Of a stretch of 64,000 bases of DNA, positions 58,686 to 64,000 are shown one piece after another. The notes under the pieces are model-generated. The model worked only from the letters and a program-made list of their open reading frames with translations, was not told the origin of the DNA and made no database searches. The DNA lies in assembly GCA_964602715.1 (NCBI GenBank), contig CAZRSB010000003.1:5783-69782 (forward strand), read 5' to 3'. Each line of letters starts with the position of its first letter. Within the stretch, counting starts at the first letter, position 1. The translations under genes and the position numbers were made by a program. Source of the stretch: an uncultured Thermoplasmata archaeon. Its GTDB lineage: Archaea > Thermoplasmatota > Thermoplasmata > Halarchaeoplasmatales > Halarchaeoplasmataceae.

Positions 58686-61600
58686 ATGAGAGAATTAGTA
58701 GATGCTTTTTTCGGAGAATTTAGCATCGTAGGACATCATATTGAATCGTACAACGATTTTATACCAACAATTGACAATCCCAATAGTAGAGCTCAAAAAA
58801 TAATCGACAATTTGAGAATCGGTTTCGATGAAGGTGGTTGGGGAAAAATTAAACTCGATCCAGAAAAAGTTAACGGACAAGATATCCAGATAAGAGTCGG
58901 TAGAAAAAGAGGAGAAGATGGTAGGATCAAGCAAAATTCTGAACCTACTATACGTGTAAGAAAACCAACTATACGAGAGGCTAGCGGCTCTGAGCACAAG
59001 TTGACTCCTCACGAGGCGCGACTTAGAGATCTCTATTATGATGCAGAACTGGAGATGCAGTTTACTATAATAAGGGAAGGCATAGAAGAGGAGCCACAAT
59101 GGCTGTCTGTTGGTCGTTTACCTGTGATGATCGGATCGAAGATATGTAATCTTAATGAAAACAATATAGATAGTACAGTAGAAGAAGTTCTCAATAAGGA
59201 CATAGAGAGTCCTGATTATATTGAAAAATCCTACGAAGACAAGCTTGTCGATTTGGGAGAAGATCCTGTAGATCCTCAAGGTTATTTTATAATCGGAGGA
59301 ACAGAGAGAAACTTGATGGCTGTAGAAGATATGGCTACCAATAGAGTGATGTGTGAAATAAAAGAAAAATACGGAAGAGAACATGAAGTTGCTAAGATAT
59401 TCTCACAAAGGCATGGATTTAGAGCACTAACAGTGATGGAGAAAAAGAAAGACGGAATGATAGCCGTTTCTGTCCCCTCAGCCCGGGGAGACATTCCTCT
59501 TGTGATATTGATGAAGGCACTGGGCATGGATGAAGATGAGGAAATATACAACTCTATAGTTACAGATCCAGAGATGGCAAGTTTGATTTTCGCTAATATC
59601 GAGATGTGCCAAGATGAGGATGAATATTCACCAGATGGAGTGTACGATCAGGAGGACGCACTAGCTTATCTTGAGAGGAAATTTGCGACAGGACAAGCGG
59701 AAGAGTACAGAAGAAGGAAAATAGAATCCATCTTAGATAGGTCATTGCTTCCACATCTAGGCGATAAGAAAGAAAATAGGATGAAAAAGGCAGTATTCTT
59801 AGGAAGGATGGCAAGAGCTATACTCGAATTGAACATGGGTGAAAGAGAAGCTGACGATAAGGATCACTATGCTAACAAAAGATTGAAACTAGCAGGTGAT
59901 CTCATGTCTGATCTTTTTAGAGTTTCTGTAGTCAATTTACTCAAGGATTTAAAGTATCAACTTGAAAGAAACTTTAGAAAAAAAGGAGATATAAGGATCA
60001 AATCCTCTATACGGCCGGACCTACTGAGCAATAAATTACAGCACTCGATGGCCACTGGGAACTGGGTTGGAGGTAGAACTGGTATATCTCAGTTGCTAGA
60101 TAGAACTTCAAATATGGCTACGATAAGTCACCTAAGAAGGGTCAAATCACCGTTATCTAGAAGCCAGCCTCACTTTGATGCTCGAGAACTACATCCTACT
60201 CATTGGGGTCGCTTATGTCCAAACGAAACTCCTGAAGGTCAGAATTGTGGGTTAGTCAAAACTTCTGCCTTGATGGTTAATGTTTCAAAAGGCTCTGAGC
60301 CTATGGAAGTAAGATGGAACCTGCATGAATTAGGGCTTAAAGATATAGGATCTGAAACCGATGCAACAACAAAAGTATATCTTAATGGAGATCTGATTGG
60401 TTTAGTAGAACAGCCAGAAAATTTTGTGGAAAAGATCAAGGAGGAAAGAAGAACAGGAGAACTATCTGATCAGGTGAATATTAAATTCGAGCAAAAGATG
60501 GACGAAGTTATAGTCAATTGTGATGAGGGCCGGGTTCGAAGACCTCTTTTGGCACTCGAAGATGGGAAACTAAAGTTAACTGCTGAAGTTGTCGAAGAGC
60601 TCCTTGATGATAAAAGAGAGATTAAATCCCTCTTTGAAGAAGGCTATATGGAATGGATCGATACTGAAGAAGAAGAAAATCTATACGTAGCTTTATTCCC
60701 CTTCAATATTCCAGAGATGTGTGAAAATTGTAACTCAGCCATCTCCGAGGCAGATATTAAGTGGATCAATATGGGTAAGGGGGAAGATAAGGCTAAACTA
60801 AAATGCAAGGACTGCGGAGAGATAATGGAAGAAGAGATAAAATTAGAAGAAGAACACACCCATATGGAAGTTGATCCATTGCTGATCTTGGGAGCATCAA
60901 CAGGTCTAGTTCCATTTGCAGAACACAATGCAGCTCCCCGGTGTTCGATGGGAGCCAACATGATGAAACAAGCTCTTGGACTAAATGCTTCAAATTACAG
61001 ATATAGACCTGATACTCGAGAACACCTTTTGCACTACCCACAACTCTCATTGATTCAAACAAAAACGATGGAATATGTTAACTACAATAAAAGACCAGCT
61101 GGTCAAAACTTTATCGTGGCTGTTATGCCCTATCATGGTTACAATATGGAAGATGCCTTAATTATGAGTCGAGCTTCTATTGATAGAGCACTTGCAAGAT
61201 CCACATTCTTCCGAACATATACAACAGAGGAAAGAAAATATCCTGGTGGTCAAGAAGACCAATTTGAAATTCCTGATCCAGACGTTAGAGGAGCAAGGAG
61301 TGATCAGCAATATAGTAAACTGGATACTGATGGAATGATAAATCCCGAAACACAAGTCGATGGAGGTGAAGTGATCGTAGGGAAGACTTCACCACCAAGA
61401 TTTTTAGAGGAAGATACAGACTTGATGGCACCTCAAAAAAGAAGAGAAACTTCAGAGACGATGAGACCTAGAGAAAAGGGATGGGTAGATTCTGTGATGT
61501 TGACTGAATCTGAAGACGGGAGTAGGATAGTCAAAACAAAGATAAGAGATCAGAGGATACCTGAGCTAGGTGATAAATTTACCTCAAGGCACGGTCAGAA

Positions 61601-62309
61601 AGGAGTGATCGGAAAATTGGTAGAGCCAGAGGATCTTCCATTCACTGAGGAAGGTGTGGTACCAGACTTGATCGCTAATCCTCATGCGATTCCATCTAGA
61701 ATGACTGTTGCCCATATGCTTGAAATGCTTGGGGGAAAAGTAGCTTCTCTAAAAGGACGAACTATCGATGGCACGCCTTTCAGCGGTGAGAGCGAAGAGG
61801 CTCTCAAGGAAGCATTAAAAGATTCAGGCTTCAAATCAAATGGAACCGAAATATTATACGATGGTAAGAGCGGAAAGATGATGGAAGCTGAAATTTATGT
61901 TGGCGTTATATATTATCAAAAATTACATCACATGGTAGCCGGAAAACTCCACAGCAGATCACGAGGTCCAGTACAGATACTGACAAGACAGCCAACTGAA
62001 GGACGTTCTCGAAAAGGTGGTTTAAGATTTGGTGAGATGGAAAGAAATACGCTTATTGGTCATGGTACCGCAATGGTGATCAAAGATAGACTTTTGGATC
62101 AGTCCGATGGAACTAAAGAGTTTGTTTGTGGAAATGAAGAATGTGGTCATCTAGCCATCTTAGATAGTAATGGTGAACTACGATGTCCTGTATGTGATGA
62201 AAAATCTGATGTCCATCAGATTCAGACTAGTTTTGCATTTAAACTTCTGATGGATGAATTAAGATCACTTGGAGTAACCATGAGATTGAATGTGGAGGAT
62301 CAACGATGA
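58686..62309 (+). CDS. rpoB: DNA-directed RNA polymerase subunit B (unsplit)
   Basis: 1207 aa. Conserved Rpb2/RpoB blocks and C-terminal zinc ribbon. Has an extra internal Cys4 insertion. Confidence 0.95.
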   Translation: MRELVDAFFGEFSIVGHHIESYNDFIPTIDNPNSRAQKIIDNLRIGFDEGGWGKIKLDPEKVNGQDIQIRVGRKRGEDGRIKQNSEPTIRVRKPTIREASGSEHKLTPHEARLRDLYYDAELEMQFTIIREGIEEEPQWLSVGRLPVMIGSKICNLNENNIDSTVEEVLNKDIESPDYIEKSYEDKLVDLGEDPVDPQGYFIIGGTERNLMAVEDMATNRVMCEIKEKYGREHEVAKIFSQRHGFRALTVMEKKKDGMIAVSVPSARGDIPLVILMKALGMDEDEEIYNSIVTDPEMASLIFANIEMCQDEDEYSPDGVYDQEDALAYLERKFATGQAEEYRRRKIESILDRSLLPHLGDKKENRMKKAVFLGRMARAILELNMGEREADDKDHYANKRLKLAGDLMSDLFRVSVVNLLKDLKYQLERNFRKKGDIRIKSSIRPDLLSNKLQHSMATGNWVGGRTGISQLLDRTSNMATISHLRRVKSPLSRSQPHFDARELHPTHWGRLCPNETPEGQNCGLVKTSALMVNVSKGSEPMEVRWNLHELGLKDIGSETDATTKVYLNGDLIGLVEQPENFVEKIKEERRTGELSDQVNIKFEQKMDEVIVNCDEGRVRRPLLALEDGKLKLTAEVVEELLDDKREIKSLFEEGYMEWIDTEEEENLYVALFPFNIPEMCENCNSAISEADIKWINMGKGEDKAKLKCKDCGEIMEEEIKLEEEHTHMEVDPLLILGASTGLVPFAEHNAAPRCSMGANMMKQALGLNASNYRYRPDTREHLLHYPQLSLIQTKTMEYVNYNKRPAGQNFIVAVMPYHGYNMEDALIMSRASIDRALARSTFFRTYTTEERKYPGGQEDQFEIPDPDVRGARSDQQYSKLDTDGMINPETQVDGGEVIVGKTSPPRFLEEDTDLMAPQKRRETSETMRPREKGWVDSVMLTESEDGSRIVKTKIRDQRIPELGDKFTSRHGQKGVIGKLVEPEDLPFTEEGVVPDLIANPHAIPSRMTVAHMLEMLGGKVASLKGRTIDGTPFSGESEEALKEALKDSGFKSNGTEILYDGKSGKMMEAEIYVGVIYYQKLHHMVAGKLHSRSRGPVQILTRQPTEGRSRKGGLRFGEMERNTLIGHGTAMVIKDRLLDQSDGTKEFVCGNEECGHLAILDSNGELRCPVCDEKSDVHQIQTSFAFKLLMDELRSLGVTMRLNVEDQR

Positions 62310-64000
62310 AACACGATAGAGGAATATCAAAAAGGGTAGGTAGTATACAATTCGCTTACATGTCCCCAGAGGAAAAAAGAAATCTCTCTGCGACCAAGAT
62401 CATAACCCCTGACACTTACGACGACGATGGATTCCCAATAGAAATGGGATTGATGGATCCCCATCTTGGAGTTATCGAACCTGGTTTGCGATGTAAAACA
62501 TGTGGTGGAAGAGTTGACGAATGCTCAGGTCACTTTGGTAACATCGAATTAGCAATGCCTGTAATCCATATAGGTTATGTTAAAGAGATCAAAAAATTAT
62601 TACGATCTACCTGCAGCGAATGTGGAAGGATATTACTCCCCGAAGAAGAGAAAAATCAATATGTGGATAGGATGGAAGAGATGAGAAATATGGGGGCCGA
62701 TCTCTTGGATATCCGTTCATTAGCTAAAGACGTATCAAAAAAGGCACGTAAAAACAACGTCTGTCCTCACTGTAAAACAGAACAGCGAAAAATCAAATTA
62801 GATAAACCAACTACCTTCCGTGAAGAAAAAACTAAGCTTACCCCAAAAGAAGTAAGGGCTAGACTAGAAAAAATTCCTGACGATGATTTATGGCCACTTG
62901 GAATAAATCCCGAAGTTACTAGACCAGAATATATGGTTTTGAAAGTATTATTAGTGCCCCCTGTAACAGTAAGACCTTCTATTACTCTAGAATCTGGAGA
63001 TAGATCCGAGGATGATCTCACTCATAAATTAGTTGACATCTTAAGGATCAATCAAAGATTAAGAGAGAACCGAGATGTAGGGTCTCCTCAACTCATCGTT
63101 GAAGATCTTTGGGATCTATTACAATATCATATAACAACTTATTTCGATAATCAAACTTCAGGTATACCTCCAGCTAGACATAGAAGTGGAAGAACATTGA
63201 AGACTTTGATCCAACGTTTGAAGGGTAAGGAAGGGCGATTCCGACAGAACTTGAGTGGAAAAAGAGTTAACTTTTCTGCCCGAAGTGTTATCTCACCAGA
63301 TCCTTGGTTATCGATAAATGAGGTAGGTGTTCCAGAAAAGGCTGCTCGTGAGTTGACTGTACCACTTAATGTGACCCCTCTTAATCTCGAAAATGCTAGA
63401 GAAATAGTTGCAAGAGGGCCATCTCCTAGAGAAGATGGCGAATATGCACCAGGAGCAAACTACATGATAAGACCAGATGGACGGAGAATTAAAGTAACAG
63501 AAAAAAATGCTGAAACAGTAGCAGAAAAAGTAGAGCCAGGTTTCACAATTGAGAGAGAATTAAAAAATGGCGATATAGTTCTATTCAACCGACAACCCTC
63601 TCTACATAGAATGTCAATGATGGCACATGAAGTTAAAGTCGTACCAGGAAAAACATTCAGGCTCAATTTAGCTGTATGTCCTCCTTATAACGCTGACTTT
63701 GATGGTGATGAGATGAATCTCCATGTGCTCCAGAGCGAAGAAGCAAGAGCAGAAGCAAAAGTACTGATGAAAGTTCAGGAACACATATTATCACCAAGAT
63801 TTGGCGGGCCTATAATAGGTGCAATACAAGATCATATAAGTGGGTTATTTTTCTTAACTAATGAAAATCCTACTTTTTCAAGGAAAGATATGATAAGTAT
63901 ATTTTCAAATCTAAAAACTGAAAGCTTCCCTGATCCAGTCATTGAGGACGGAGAAAAAATATGGAAGGGAAAAAAGATTTTCAGCCACTTTTTACCTGAT
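62306..64000 (+). CDS. rpoA1: DNA-directed RNA polymerase subunit A' (3' partial, continues beyond window)
   Basis: ATG 62306 overlaps the rpoB stop. Manual translation MKHDRGISKRVGSIQFAYMSPEEKR...CKTCGGRVDECSGHFGNIELAMPVIHIGY matches the RpoA' N-terminus. No stop within window. Confidence 0.9.
   Translation, partial: MKHDRGISKRVGSIQFAYMSPEEKRNLSATKIITPDTYDDDGFPIEMGLMDPHLGVIEPGLRCKTCGGRVDECSGHFGNIELAMPVIHIGYVKEIKKLLRSTCSECGRILLPEEEKNQYVDRMEEMRNMGADLLDIRSLAKDVSKKARKNNVCPHCKTEQRKIKLDKPTTFREEKTKLTPKEVRARLEKIPDDDLWPLGINPEVTRPEYMVLKVLLVPPVTVRPSITLESGDRSEDDLTHKLVDILRINQRLRENRDVGSPQLIVEDLWDLLQYHITTYFDNQTSGIPPARHRSGRTLKTLIQRLKGKEGRFRQNLSGKRVNFSARSVISPDPWLSINEVGVPEKAARELTVPLNVTPLNLENAREIVARGPSPREDGEYAPGANYMIRPDGRRIKVTEKNAETVAEKVEPGFTIERELKNGDIVLFNRQPSLHRMSMMAHEVKVVPGKTFRLNLAVCPPYNADFDGDEMNLHVLQSEEARAEAKVLMKVQEHILSPRFGGPIIGAIQDHISGLFFLTNENPTFSRKDMISIFSNLKTESFPDPVIEDGEKIWKGKKIFSHFLPD

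Overview
This is an archaeal chromosome segment. The diagnostic evidence is the rpoH-rpoB-rpoA' order with a fused RpoB, the L44e-S27e-aIF2alpha and Pus10-L21e-RpoF-DUF655 operons, aIF5B, archaeal-type SAM synthetase, ABCE1, archaeosine TgtA, SMC-ScpA and an SRP RNA. GC is low and many proteins are strongly acidic, which points to a small-genome DPANN-like archaeon, possibly a halophile such as a nanohaloarchaeon. That taxonomic call is inference only.

The first ~22 kb differs from the rest. It is AT-skewed and accessory-like and ends at a tRNA-Gly. It contains a DUF4238 protein (known from the Rst_DUF4238 single-gene antiphage family). Next to it sits a compact ABC/SMC-like ATPase fused to an RHH-like N-terminus, followed by a TPR protein. 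Further on is a GmrSD-like DUF262-DUF1524 enzyme fused to a C-terminal AlbA_2/Schlafen-like domain. A ~7 kb integrated element follows, with an AEP primase/P-loop NTPase/wHTH Rep-like protein, an RHH protein, a tyrosine integrase and palindrome- and repeat-rich putative att/ori sites. A K-rich protein and an ABC-2 exporter lie between the element and the tRNA.

The remaining ~42 kb is core genome. Noteworthy items there are a bacterial-type QueH, a 1470-aa coiled-coil protein next to a 183-aa catalytic-domain-only tyrosine recombinase, a 1911-aa acidic CARDB-repeat surface protein with a cytoplasmic triple zinc-ribbon tail, a tRNA-Lys with two non-canonical introns, and an apparent zinc-ribbon insertion in RpoB. 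No CRISPR array was seen. All family assignments are from motif recognition by eye and need HMM or BLAST confirmation.
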